This document shows, in pieces, positions 20,024 through 30,431 of a stretch of 64,000 nt of DNA. Within the stretch, counting starts at the first letter, position 1. Every line of letters starts with the position of its first letter. Below the pieces are notes generated by a model. The model saw nothing but the letters and a program-made list of their open reading frames with translations, did no database searches and was not told where the DNA came from. A program made the position numbers and the translations under genes. Source of the stretch: Alphaproteobacteria bacterium (GTDB lineage Bacteria > Pseudomonadota > Alphaproteobacteria > Rickettsiales > JADKJE01); contig JADKJE010000002.1 in the NCBI GenBank assembly GCA_016722515.1, positions 779,682 to 843,681 of the forward strand, written 5' to 3'.

Positions 20024-21886
20024 ATGAAATTTTTATTAAGAGATTCAGAAGTCTATATCAGAATGGGGGATATACAGAGTTTTAAATATGCGCTTGAGTT
20101 AAATGTAAATGAATTTCTACATTTTACTAATACCGAGCATCTAGTGAGACTGATATTAGACTATACTATTAATTCGAAAAAATCAAATATGCTCAATACA
20201 TATTATGATTATCTTCAACAATGTTTGACGGATAGAAATAATGCGCCTCGCTCGGAGGTAAATCAATTAGCAATTGGATGCATTGTTGATAAAATTAAAG
20301 AAATTTATCAAACGGAACCACACACATTATTGAGATCGTTATTAATAGTGAATGATGATCGTTATTTAGATAAATTATTAGAAAAAATATCATTTTTACC
20401 AATTATAAAAACTGATATACTTAAAGAGTTGCCTTGGTATGCAGCCACCTTAGTGAAAAATGACAATTTAAAAAACATGGATTGTTTTCTGCATGTATTG
20501 AGTGGTGATATTAAAGGTAAGTTGCATTTTATATTAAATGTTATGTACTACTCCGTCATGGATCAGAAAACTAATATTCTTGAAAAGGCATTGAGTGAAT
20601 TTAATCACTATTCTATTCCACCGGATAAAAAACAGTCTTTGTTATCCAGCATGCCATGGCAATTACATCCCTTCATTGAGGAAAGCGAAGATGATCGGTT
20701 TGCGACACTGGTAGAGGCATTATGGTTAGCCGCTCTTGATGGTGCCAATGACGATATTATTGATAAGATATTGACGTTTCTAAAGTATCATAATGTTTGT
20801 GTTAGCGATTTTTGGTTATTAAATGAAGGCCAAGCAATTGCCGATTTAATTGAAAAAAATAAACTAGGTACGATTAAGACATGGGGAATGATCAGCCTAG
20901 AAACGCAAATGCAAAAAAATGCATTTTATCAAAACTTTATGCATTTCTATCACTGCGCAACGTTTACTGAAAATAAAGAGTCAATCGAATATTTGAAAGA
21001 TTTATTAAGAGAAAATCAGCCTAATACCCTTGATTCATTTTGTGAGCTGCAGGCTAAAGAAGAGGGTGAGTATGTCTTTAATGACTTCGTTGAGCTCTTG
21101 TCAAATAAAGTATGCCATGAAAATTGGGGGATTGCAGAGGTTATTTTCTCTGCAGCTCAAACATGTGTCGTCCAACCTCAAGAGCCAAGCGTTGCATTAG
21201 AAGACAGCGTTGCATTAGAAGAGTGTGATGGTGATGACACGCCCATATTCACGAAAAGAAATGTGCTTGATACGCAATGGCTTCAAGGTTTTATTCGTGA
21301 TACTAACAATTATAAAGCTGTTTTTAATTTTATAAATGAACAGCAGAGTGATGATTCTTCGTTGAGCAAAGCAGAAATATCGACTGTTTGTCGGAATATG
21401 GCTACGATAGCTATTCATGAAGGAAATACGGAATTGATGGTCTATCTAGATTCTGATGCATCCTTAAAACCTTTTCTGGATAAAGCCATAATGGAATGGG
21501 AAGGCAAAACATATCATTGGTGTTGGCGCGATCGGCAAAATAATATGTTTGTTTTGCTTAAGAATGTGATTGGTCTTACATCCGAGGACACTATTCGTTA
21601 TGCTATAAAACTCGCTGCAAGCAAGAGAAACGTACATGATATCTATGTTGAAATTAGGGATAATTATATAAATTACTGTCATAATGAAGAGTATGCTTGT
21701 AAGCATATCATGCGATCAAAACTTTTTGATATGGGATGTGGCCTTAAAAAAGATATAGATTGGAAAAATTTTGCTAAAGGGTATCTTGATCTTGCCTATT
21801 CGTTGTCACTCACACCGTCCCTTTTGAGCAAAAGAAAGCAAAATCAATCGATTGACAATTCTAGTAAAAAACAGCGGTCGTTGTAA
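20024..21886 (+). CDS. hypothetical protein (620 aa), effector-like orphan
   Basis: Long uninterrupted ORF in very AT-rich DNA; no recognisable motif. Confidence 0.65.
   Translation: MKFLLRDSEVYIRMGDIQSFKYALELNVNEFLHFTNTEHLVRLILDYTINSKKSNMLNTYYDYLQQCLTDRNNAPRSEVNQLAIGCIVDKIKEIYQTEPHTLLRSLLIVNDDRYLDKLLEKISFLPIIKTDILKELPWYAATLVKNDNLKNMDCFLHVLSGDIKGKLHFILNVMYYSVMDQKTNILEKALSEFNHYSIPPDKKQSLLSSMPWQLHPFIEESEDDRFATLVEALWLAALDGANDDIIDKILTFLKYHNVCVSDFWLLNEGQAIADLIEKNKLGTIKTWGMISLETQMQKNAFYQNFMHFYHCATFTENKESIEYLKDLLRENQPNTLDSFCELQAKEEGEYVFNDFVELLSNKVCHENWGIAEVIFSAAQTCVVQPQEPSVALEDSVALEECDGDDTPIFTKRNVLDTQWLQGFIRDTNNYKAVFNFINEQQSDDSSLSKAEISTVCRNMATIAIHEGNTELMVYLDSDASLKPFLDKAIMEWEGKTYHWCWRDRQNNMFVLLKNVIGLTSEDTIRYAIKLAASKRNVHDIYVEIRDNYINYCHNEEYACKHIMRSKLFDMGCGLKKDIDWKNFAKGYLDLAYSLSLTPSLLSKRKQNQSIDNSSKKQRSL
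21188..21223 (+). repeat. 18-bp tandem duplication inside a CDS (SVALED/SVALEE)
   Basis: agcgttgcattagaagac agcgttgcattagaagag read directly. Confidence 0.9.
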
Positions 21887-21979
21887 ATATTGTAAATTTA
21901 TAAGTGGAATACTTATAAATTTGCTCGTTTTGTCTTGAATCATGATAAATCAAGTGGTAGATTGTCTTGTTATTAATAG

Positions 21980-22200
21980 ACCCTCATTGAGTTTAACGAT
22001 GCTTACGATAACCGGCTATGTGCTCATTGTCCTCCTGGATTAAATCCCGTGGAAAGATTCTGGCAATAGCTCAAGCGTCGAGCCATCAGAAACCAAATCT
22101 ATGATTCAATAGAGGAGCTTGAAGTTGCCTTTTGCACAGCCATTTAAGACTTCACTCCAGAGAAGATTGCTCCTATTGGCTCGATTAATTCGTTTATGTA
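21980..22200 (+). pseudogene. IS630-family transposase C-terminal remnant
   Basis: Translates to ...CPPGLNPVERFWQ*LKRRAIRNQIYDSIEELEVAF..., matching the IS630 PPYSP.LNPIE..W..LK motif, with in-frame stops. Confidence 0.7.
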
Positions 22201-22268
22201 AATAAGCGACTTGTATTGACGCTGTAGCTTGTAGTTATTTTTGTAAAATAATGGTGGGTGAGGTTATA

Positions 22269-22349
22269 ATGATTGCCAAAACATATCCAGTGTACACCAT
22301 TTGTCGGGAGCTTATGCGCAATGATTCACGCTGTGTCAGTATAAAGTAA
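22269..22349 (+). pseudogene. IS30-family transposase N-terminal HTH remnant
   Basis: ccagtgtacaccatttgtcgggagcttatgcgcaatga versus ccagtgtgtaccgtttatcgggagctaaagcgcaatga in the IS30 copy at 34.3 kb (PVYTICRELMRN versus PVCTVYRELKRN). Confidence 0.45.
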
Positions 22350-22451
22350 TAAAAATATGTTATTTAAAAAAAACTTTAATTAAATTGCGTTCTGTAGTAT
22401 ATGTAATAATATAATAAAGTAAATTAAAAATTATTATAGGACATAGAAAGC

Positions 22452-25400
22452 ATGAAAAATCATTATAGAGAACTGTTTGAAAAAGCTCTTCAATCAAATG
22501 ATATGGACTTATTTAAAGAACTATCTGACATCCTTCTTACTCGTAGCTCCTCTAGATATCAACTATTTTTAGACATCACGGCTCTAGTCCTAGACTATGA
22601 CAATGATAATGCGTTTATTTTACTTCTTAATATGGGATTGCCAGATAATAAAAAAAGGAAATACATTTTATCTTTAGCAGCAAGATATGCCTCAGGTGAT
22701 ACCATCAAAAAGCTGATAGAAGACCATCGGGATTTAGTAAATAAAAAAAATTGGTCTATTTCGTCAATGGCAGAGGCCCAATTAGCGCTGAATATTTCAG
22801 CAGCAAAAGTTTTTCTGGATAGAATGTTGTGGCAAGAACATACTCCCAAACAAATTTTGAAAGAAAAGTATGAGCTCATAAGAAGCTGCATCAGGGAGAA
22901 GGATCGTGATAAACTTTCACAGGCCATTGCATCGTTTCCTGAAGCGCTTCACGGGGAAAATGAATTTTCCAATTCTGAACAAACAAATCTATTGGTCTTT
23001 GCCTGCATACACAAATCTAATTACGCACTAATCAAGCTTATCAAAGCAGGGGTAATTTTCAATAACAGAAAACCACGCTTGTCACTTATGTATAGGGCGG
23101 CAGAGTTCGCAAACTTTAAAGCTATGAAGTATGTTATAGAGCTTGGTGGAGATATAAATGCCAAATATGGCGATGAGAATCAAACAGCGCTTGATATTGC
23201 ACTGCAACACAAAAAGTTTCCTGCGGCAATCGCACTTTTAGAGCATGGCGCACAAAGCTCGCAAGTGGCTAAATATGCACAACGATTATACGTTGAAGCC
23301 ATTAAAATGGGGAAATATAAGATGGCTAGCACGTTGATCAATGCACATCCGAGCCGCATTGATAAGAACAAGGCGGTTGCACCTGTAAAAAACTTTATTC
23401 CGGAGGTTAATCAGCCCATTCGTACCCGACTCTATGCGGGAGAAGCATTTCCTATTGCTCCCATGGGAAATCATACTCATGAAAAAGTACCGCTGCAATA
23501 TTCTGCTGGATTTATATCAAATAATAAGATTAAAGAATTGATTCAGTGCGTGTTGAATATTAAAGATCCAGAGAACCTATCAAAATATAACCAATTAATA
23601 CAAGCAATTGGATCGCATTTTATCCATGAGAAAGACTATGAAAACTTTAAAACTTTATTTTCGAATGATCTTGATATTTTCAAGCATAACAACGGAAATT
23701 TTCAATCTAACCGCAATCAATTTATGTATTGTGCAATCCAGAATAGGGATGAAGTTGCCTTACGAATGCTCGTAGATATGGGAGCAGATGTTAAAGAAAA
23801 CATAGAATACATTTTACCGCCTGGATTCGGCAATCCAGTTAGTGAAAATTTGTTTTTATTAATAGCTCCTTTTGCCAGTGTAGAGATGATCGAACATCTT
23901 GTTTCCCAAGGAGCCATTTTCAGCGATTCCACTCAGATGCTTAACGATTATTCTAACGAAAGAGTAACCGATTTACCCTTTTATCGTGCGCTTATAAATG
24001 GAAACTTCGCCGCAGCTGAACTATTTCTGAAGTATGATGAAAGGACCAAACAATGTAAAGATTTTGGAGGAAATTTTGGCTATAAATCATTAATAGAAAG
24101 TATTTTATGGAGCTTTCGATACGATGATAACGAAAAAATCTCATCACTTATTGAGGCTTCCAGTCCGATCGGAGATTTAAACGATGGGAGACTGGATGGT
24201 TGTGCGTCCAAATTTATGGCTTTATTTCAACCCGAATCTCATATAGTCCCATCAATTAAATTCCTTCATGGCTTGAACGCTAATATTGAAAATAATTTTT
24301 CAGAGTCAATCAATACTGGTCCATATGGTTGTAATGTTGACGATACACCACTACGTCATGCCTTAATCACGTGTAATTTCGAGGCCTTCTTTGCGTTAAT
24401 TAAGCTAGGTGCTACTAGAGACACTGCCTGCCTTCGTCGGCTAGCAGAGACGGCGAAAATCCCTGGCCTTACCTATGGGGGGCGAAGGTTAGCGTCATTC
24501 TTGGCAATAGATGCGGTAAACTCTCTTGATAGTGAAGCATTAGAATTAGCTATGCATAACAAAGATTACGACAAATGTAGAAAACTGATTGCACAAGGTG
24601 CGCCTATTGATTATCGCGACGGTAACGGTAACACGCTATTACACCGTATGATTAAGCAAAATAGACGTGTCGACGATATTTACACTATTCTTGGTTTAAT
24701 TCTTGAATTAGGTGCTGGTATTAATGAACAGTCGTATGCCGGAAACTCAGCCCTGCATTTGGCTGTAAGCTTCGGATCCCCAGAGCTTGTGATTTTTCTT
24801 CTACAAGAAGGGGCTGCTGTTGATATTGTAAATAATAAAGGTAATACCCCGCTGCATTTGGCTGTGTTGAAAAACGAACCATCTATTATCGAGGCTCTCT
24901 ATGGTGTCGGAGCAGATGTTGCGATCAAAAATTACAAAGGCAAGACTCCGCTTGCGATGGCTGGCAAAGAACAAAATACTAAGCTTAGGGATTTAATCGA
25001 AAAGGCATACCCTTGTGATGGACTGGGCCGAAATAAACTCCATCATCACGTTGTGGATAAAGAGAGTCTTAAGTGTCTCAGCGAATGGATTAAAAAAGGA
25101 CTGGATATTTCAAAACAAGATCTGTTTGGACGTACACCGCTTCATTTTGCTGTCTTATACCAAAACGACGAAGCCGTTAGTGAGCTGCTTAAACATAAAG
25201 TCTCTTGCGATGTTAAAGATGTATGTGGTGCCACAGCTTTGCACCATGCTGCAATATTAGGCAAAGATAAGATTGTTGAGCTGCTAATTAAGAGTGGTGC
25301 TTCTATTAATGCCACCGATGAAGCTGGCTTTACGCCACTAGACCATGCTAAGAGAGGTTGCGATGCTAATAAGTCGAAAGTTGTTCAAAAAATCCTTATA

Positions 25401-25571
25401 AGAGAGAACGGTGTTCGCGGCAAAAAGGCGGAGATTAAAGATAAACTCTCGGAAATGCAGAGAGCAGATACAGAAAAATACGAGAAAATCAGGGATGGAG
25501 ATCAATCTACCACCAAATTAGGAAAGGAGCGCTTTAAAAAGTCACAGGGTCCAGCATTTTCAGCATTATAA
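22452..25571 (+). CDS. ankyrin-repeat protein (1039 aa), effector candidate
   Basis: Tandem 33-aa ANK repeats in the C-terminal third (GNTLLHRMI, GNSALHLAV, GNTPLHLAV, GRTPLHFAV, GATALHHAA, GFTPLDHA) and looser ANK-like repeats N-terminally; basic C-terminal tail. Confidence 0.9.
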   Translation: MKNHYRELFEKALQSNDMDLFKELSDILLTRSSSRYQLFLDITALVLDYDNDNAFILLLNMGLPDNKKRKYILSLAARYASGDTIKKLIEDHRDLVNKKNWSISSMAEAQLALNISAAKVFLDRMLWQEHTPKQILKEKYELIRSCIREKDRDKLSQAIASFPEALHGENEFSNSEQTNLLVFACIHKSNYALIKLIKAGVIFNNRKPRLSLMYRAAEFANFKAMKYVIELGGDINAKYGDENQTALDIALQHKKFPAAIALLEHGAQSSQVAKYAQRLYVEAIKMGKYKMASTLINAHPSRIDKNKAVAPVKNFIPEVNQPIRTRLYAGEAFPIAPMGNHTHEKVPLQYSAGFISNNKIKELIQCVLNIKDPENLSKYNQLIQAIGSHFIHEKDYENFKTLFSNDLDIFKHNNGNFQSNRNQFMYCAIQNRDEVALRMLVDMGADVKENIEYILPPGFGNPVSENLFLLIAPFASVEMIEHLVSQGAIFSDSTQMLNDYSNERVTDLPFYRALINGNFAAAELFLKYDERTKQCKDFGGNFGYKSLIESILWSFRYDDNEKISSLIEASSPIGDLNDGRLDGCASKFMALFQPESHIVPSIKFLHGLNANIENNFSESINTGPYGCNVDDTPLRHALITCNFEAFFALIKLGATRDTACLRRLAETAKIPGLTYGGRRLASFLAIDAVNSLDSEALELAMHNKDYDKCRKLIAQGAPIDYRDGNGNTLLHRMIKQNRRVDDIYTILGLILELGAGINEQSYAGNSALHLAVSFGSPELVIFLLQEGAAVDIVNNKGNTPLHLAVLKNEPSIIEALYGVGADVAIKNYKGKTPLAMAGKEQNTKLRDLIEKAYPCDGLGRNKLHHHVVDKESLKCLSEWIKKGLDISKQDLFGRTPLHFAVLYQNDEAVSELLKHKVSCDVKDVCGATALHHAAILGKDKIVELLIKSGASINATDEAGFTPLDHAKRGCDANKSKVVQKILIRENGVRGKKAEIKDKLSEMQRADTEKYEKIRDGDQSTTKLGKERFKKSQGPAFSAL

Positions 25572-25620
25572 TAATTATAGGCTGGCTGCTCAAATGATAA
25601 GCTAAAAACGCTTAGAAAAA

Positions 25621-25700
25621 TGGTGTGCCTAAAGGGATTCTTCCCCCCGGACACTCAGCTTAGAAGGCTTGCGCGAACCATAATTGCCAACAGATGACAC
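25621..25700 (-). pseudogene. degenerate tRNA-Arg(UCU)-like remnant
   Basis: Minus strand GTGTCATCTG...GCAAGCCTTCTAAGCTGAG...GGGGGGAAGAATCCCTTTAGGCACACCA: CCTTCTAAG anticodon loop, T-arm-like GGGGG/GAAGAAT/CCCTT, 3' CACCA; the stems are imperfect. Confidence 0.4.
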
Positions 25701-25744
25701 AGACTATTCATTAAACTGTGTCAAGCAATGTTAAGCGTGGATTC

Positions 25745-26050
25745 TGCCATTATAGGGGCGATTGAGCTGAGAGACGGTAGTAGTCAAATTAGCGACAGGC
25801 ACTGTCTATTTTAGCAGAATCTTCTGTAGGCACAATAGACCAATTTGATCAATGCGTTTTCAGAAGTAAAAGGAGCGTTAGTTTTGGTATATTTGAGTAT
25901 CATCCGGTGTGTTCCCTATACAGCATTTGTGGTGTAGATGATTTTTCGGATATGGTCTTCCTATTTGAAGAAGTTGGTCAATGCGTCCTAATTATTTTGC
26001 CAAGAGCGCAGGACAACGGTATGTTCTTTACCCCAATTCTCACCTAAATT
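25745..26050 (-). pseudogene. IS256-family transposase C-terminal remnant
   Basis: Minus-strand translation ...NWGKEHTVVLRSWQNN*DALTNFFK*EDHIRKIIYTTNAV*GTHRMILKYTKTNAPFTSENALIKLVY... matches the IS256 IRK.IYTTN..E motif; several stops. Confidence 0.7.
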
Positions 26051-26141
26051 GAGCACTATCCTAATTTTGATAAATATTCACAACACTTACTTAGTATACT
26101 GCGTTTGTTCATTGTTTTAAACTTATTAAAGGACTAAAAAT

Positions 26142-27029
26142 ATGTCAAAAAGAAAAGATGAAGGCAGAAAAGAAGAAGGCAGAAATCAAGACCAAAACGA
26201 AAAGAAGAAATCTGGAATAAAATTTTTAACTTCTAAAATTAGTAGTGTCGCAAATAAAATTAGAGGAAAAGATCGCGATAATAATGAAGAAAGAGCAGGG
26301 TTTTCTGAAAAATTAATAGAGCAAATAAATATAAAATTAAATGAAAACGGCACGGTTGTTGTCCGTCTTCTAGATGATGCTTACGCGAATATCTTTTTAG
26401 ATGGTCCAAGTGCTGAAGCTCTGGACGGAGCGTTTCAAAGATGTTTTGGTAAAAAAGCTGTGATGTACACTAAACAACATCCAAATGATTCTGGTCTTGA
26501 ATTTACTGGTGTACCGGCTGATGAGATAGAGCATTTCTTTGTGAATGAACTGAAATTTTATAAAACAGGTTCGCTTATTAAAGATACGACGCCTTATGTT
26601 GTTGTTGAAACTGGAACTTATGAAAAAACAGTAGATATTAAGAGTGCGAATACTAATGTAGTCAGACCTTCAGGTTTTTCTGAAAGTAAAAACGAAAAAG
26701 AAGAAAGTGTAGCGGGACATTCTTCTAAGATTCCCACGCCTGCTAACAGTTATGCCTCACAGGTATCACCTACTATTACCGTGCCAGGAGTTGCTTCTGT
26801 AGTTCCTCAGGAATTCATAAAAAAAGCATATACGGTTGTTTTATACAGATTTGAATTTGATACACCTGAAGCTGCAGAGAAATTTCATACAGAAAATCAA
26901 GATAAATATACAAATAAAGAAAAAATGATTCAAGTTGATCCAGAACGTGGTACTCATTTTTTAATGATTACCAAAAACGAATTGAATAAGATTGCTCCAC
27001 AATCTCAGGCTCAGGGTATCTCTTCATAG
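26142..27029 (+). CDS. hypothetical protein (295 aa) with a Lys/Glu-rich N-terminus, effector-like orphan
   Basis: Clean ORF with AAAGGA RBS; no recognisable domain. Confidence 0.65.
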   Translation: MSKRKDEGRKEEGRNQDQNEKKKSGIKFLTSKISSVANKIRGKDRDNNEERAGFSEKLIEQINIKLNENGTVVVRLLDDAYANIFLDGPSAEALDGAFQRCFGKKAVMYTKQHPNDSGLEFTGVPADEIEHFFVNELKFYKTGSLIKDTTPYVVVETGTYEKTVDIKSANTNVVRPSGFSESKNEKEESVAGHSSKIPTPANSYASQVSPTITVPGVASVVPQEFIKKAYTVVLYRFEFDTPEAAEKFHTENQDKYTNKEKMIQVDPERGTHFLMITKNELNKIAPQSQAQGISS

Positions 27030-27162
27030 ATTATTATCCATATTCAAAACACGTTAAAAACTCCTGTCATATAAGGGGTTTTTAACGTGAGACTATTCAA
27101 GTGCACAATTTACAGCATTTGTTTGTATAATGTCTTGTTTCAAAACATAGGTTATAAGAAAC

Positions 27163-27549
27163 ATGAAGTTTAATAAAATATTCTATTACGCACAAAAGCT
27201 CGAAGATGAACAATTTAATGCCAATCCGCCAGAAGAGATAGACGTTAACCGCCTGATTCAAAAGGAGCCCTACTATCGTAATATATCCGAGTCAGATGTT
27301 TTCAAACCTAAGACCTTAATTATTTCAGATTGGACTGCAAATCAATGGTATCTTTGGGAAAAGCGACATGCGCGTAGAGTATTAGAGCAGTGGATGGCTC
27401 AAGACGGGGGGCAAGTCCTGTACTGGAGAATGTGTTCCTTAGTGCCTTTAACAAGGGAATCGCTTTATAAATTGAGAAAACACACAGTTTATCCGTACTC
27501 GTTGGACGCATTGAACAGCATCAAGGCAAAACTCTTCCTGTTATATTAA
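27163..27549 (+). CDS. hypothetical protein; probably the N-terminal part of the downstream AAA ATPase gene (frame break)
   Basis: 128-aa ORF ends 30 nt before the next ORF; the downstream frame is already open from 27471 and overlaps it. Confidence 0.5.
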   Translation: MKFNKIFYYAQKLEDEQFNANPPEEIDVNRLIQKEPYYRNISESDVFKPKTLIISDWTANQWYLWEKRHARRVLEQWMAQDGGQVLYWRMCSLVPLTRESLYKLRKHTVYPYSLDALNSIKAKLFLLY

Positions 27550-27578
27550 CCCGTGACTTAACTGAGAATCAATGGGCG

Positions 27579-29783
27579 ATGCTCCTTACCGAGTGCCATA
27601 AACACAAGGTTACGCTGGCTGTGTCTAACTACCTTGAATCTAACTTAGCCTTACGAAATGGCTCAATACTCCCTCCAGTTACGTTGCCAAAGCAATGCTA
27701 TTCACATACAACGGTGATTGAAAGCAACGACCCTGATACTACGATTGGGCTGATAAAGGCAGATATGGCAGAAGGTGCTTCATGCTGCATCATTGATGTG
27801 TCTGAGTTGCGTAGTGCCGACCTTTTGGTTAAACGTGCGGGCGAGTACGACAGTAATAAACAGTGTTTTATCTTTAGTGAAACCAACGGAGCCTTGCGTC
27901 ACGCTTTGGATAATAATCAGAATATAATACTAAAGGGTCATTTTTCTGCTGAATTATGCGATGCTTTAGCGCCGCTTTTGATAGCACGTAGCCGTGACCC
28001 TAATCTAGTAAACAAGCTCATACTGCTCAGTGATGGTCCTAGTGAACTTAGGTATCTACCTTATGAAACCGACAATGTTGGAAAAAACAAAAAATGTCAG
28101 ATTTTGGGCGAAGCGCATCATCTATTGACAGATGAACAGCTAGAAAAAGAACCACTTCGCACGTTAGAGGCACGCTTGCGTTATTTGAAACAACATCCTG
28201 AGCAAAGTAGTGAAGGGGCGGCGTGGGCGGGTGTTTATACTCTGCCCAATGGGGTAACTATTGCTGATTTCGATTTAGAAAACAGTGCGGACATTACCCA
28301 AGCCTTTAAGGCGAACCGTTTGAGCCAAGTGAATGCCGTTCTTGAACATTCTCCCTTTGTGTTGTTAACGGGATTGACCGGGGTTGGTAAAACCACGTTT
28401 GTGCAGCAAGAACTTGTTCCTGATAACAAAGGTCTCTATGAAGGGGTATCGCAATTAAGCCAGTGGGCAAAAGATAAAACCCCAGGACGCAAAATCCTAT
28501 TTATTGATGAAGCAAATATCACCACACGCAACTGGAGTGAATTTGAAGGATTGTTTGATAATAACCCGCCTTCAATCGTTATTGATGGGGTCTATCATGA
28601 ACTTACGGCGGATCATAAAGTTGTCTTTGCCGCTAATCCACTAAGTTATGGAGCAGCACGTACGCTTCCAACCCTCTTTAAGCGTCACGGTAATGCCGTG
28701 CTGTTTGAGCCTATGCCTGCAGAGATGATTTATGAAACACAGTTAAAGCCGCTGTTTAAGGGGAGCGTGCTTGAACCCAGGACGCGGGAACTTGCGCCAC
28801 TCTTCCTTAATACCTATCGTGATGTGTGCTCATACTCCAAAGATGAAGTGCTCATCTCGCCACGTGAGGTACAGATGATGGCGCTTCTGACGCTGGCTTA
28901 TTGCAAACAACGCCAGAAAGCTGATCCTAAACAGGTGGCTCATCATTACGCCTACCGTGTCGCACATTCACTGGTACCTGCTAATTATATCCGTCAATTT
29001 GAAGAGAAACATAAGCCAGAAGGATCTTTAGTTCGTAAGGAAATCAAATGGCCTGTTAATAATGAATTTGTCGTTACTCCTTCCCGGTATGCTATTGCTC
29101 AGCCCATGAATGATTTACTTAATGTTCGGTTGATGCGCCAGGCTGATCGTGAGCTGGCGAACTTTCCTGGATTGGGAGGGATCGTTCTTGAAGGCAAGCC
29201 AGGAGTGGGTAAAAGTGAGTTAGTATTTAACCTCCTAAAAGCTAAGGGCTATGTTGAAGCCTCACAAGCCGATGTAAACACGGCATCAAAAATCTATTAT
29301 GTTATTCCTGCTAGTATGCAGTATAACATGAAGCGCGACACGCTATTGAAGGCCTTCAATGAGGGTGCTGTGGTGGTTATGGATGAGTTTAATTGTGCCT
29401 CCATGATGGAATCACTTCTTAATGCGTTGCTTAATGGTAAAACGCCGGAGGGGCAACCACCCCAAAGGCCAGGATTTACGATTATTGGAACACAAAACCC
29501 TCCGAGTATGGCGGGAAGGGCTCTAAAAAGCCATGCGCTTTCTCGGCGACTTATGGCTGATCACGTTCCTGAATATACTAAAAAGGAGGTAAGAGAGGTG
29601 CTGAGTCAGAAGGGTGTTGAGAGCTTCGATGCAAAAGCAGCAAGCAGTGTGTATGTTAACATTCTAGCTGGGGATCCCCAAACAGCTTTAAGCTTCAGGG
29701 AATTAGTGAGGAAGACTACTCGCTTACCGGGCAATAATAAATCTGTTGGAAGTGCAGCAAACGTATGCCACATGCAAGTTTGA
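27579..29783 (+). CDS. double AAA+ (AAA_5/MoxR-dynein-like) ATPase
   Basis: Walker A GLTGVGKTT + Walker B ILFIDEAN; second Walker A GKPGVGKSE + Walker B VVVMDEFN; a decayed paralog lies at 58.9-59.9 kb. Confidence 0.75.
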   Translation: MLLTECHKHKVTLAVSNYLESNLALRNGSILPPVTLPKQCYSHTTVIESNDPDTTIGLIKADMAEGASCCIIDVSELRSADLLVKRAGEYDSNKQCFIFSETNGALRHALDNNQNIILKGHFSAELCDALAPLLIARSRDPNLVNKLILLSDGPSELRYLPYETDNVGKNKKCQILGEAHHLLTDEQLEKEPLRTLEARLRYLKQHPEQSSEGAAWAGVYTLPNGVTIADFDLENSADITQAFKANRLSQVNAVLEHSPFVLLTGLTGVGKTTFVQQELVPDNKGLYEGVSQLSQWAKDKTPGRKILFIDEANITTRNWSEFEGLFDNNPPSIVIDGVYHELTADHKVVFAANPLSYGAARTLPTLFKRHGNAVLFEPMPAEMIYETQLKPLFKGSVLEPRTRELAPLFLNTYRDVCSYSKDEVLISPREVQMMALLTLAYCKQRQKADPKQVAHHYAYRVAHSLVPANYIRQFEEKHKPEGSLVRKEIKWPVNNEFVVTPSRYAIAQPMNDLLNVRLMRQADRELANFPGLGGIVLEGKPGVGKSELVFNLLKAKGYVEASQADVNTASKIYYVIPASMQYNMKRDTLLKAFNEGAVVVMDEFNCASMMESLLNALLNGKTPEGQPPQRPGFTIIGTQNPPSMAGRALKSHALSRRLMADHVPEYTKKEVREVLSQKGVESFDAKAASSVYVNILAGDPQTALSFRELVRKTTRLPGNNKSVGSAANVCHMQV

Positions 29784-30019
29784 ATTGCAACGCCACATTC
29801 ATGTTTTAGGTATAGGGCATGGATTGGGTTGATTGTTTTTGGGGGAGATATTTTAAAATTTTGAAATTACCTCCAGCATCATCATTTATGTAAAAAATAT
29901 ATTCAGGTGAATTTATCGCATTGTTTCATTACATCAAAGCGATTAAATATTATTCTGCTAAGAGTAATGTTTAAATAATTAACCAGTTCGCAATGCGGAC
30001 ACGAGAAAGGAGAAAACGT

Positions 30020-30376
30020 ATGACAAATGAAATTTTATTGTCGGCCTCAACACTTAATGGTAATGATGTAAAAAATGCTGAAGGAGAAAATCTTGGTCAT
30101 GTAAAAGATATCATGATTGACACGGAAAATAATCGTGTATCCTATTATGTTTTGTCGTTTGGTGGCATTCTAGGCATGGGAGACAAGCTGTTTGCGATTC
30201 CACCAGAAGCCATGAAGTTAAATAGGAATGATAAATGTTTTATACTGAATATTGATAAAGACAGGCTGAAAAACGAAAACGGATTTGACAAGGATAAATG
30301 GCCCAATATGGCTGATGAGACATTTCGCAGTAATCTTTATCATCACTACAACATTACCGACCATAACGCTGCATAA
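30020..30376 (+). CDS. PRC-barrel domain protein
   Basis: LNGNDVKNAEGENLGHVKDIMIDTENNRVSYYVLSFGGILGMGDKLFAIP is typical PRC-barrel; AAGGAG RBS before ATG 30020. Confidence 0.8.
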   Translation: MTNEILLSASTLNGNDVKNAEGENLGHVKDIMIDTENNRVSYYVLSFGGILGMGDKLFAIPPEAMKLNRNDKCFILNIDKDRLKNENGFDKDKWPNMADETFRSNLYHHYNITDHNAA

Positions 30377-30431
30377 CACGTTGCATATCCAAACGCTTCT
30401 TCATTTGCATGAAGGAGCGTTTGGAGTGCGG

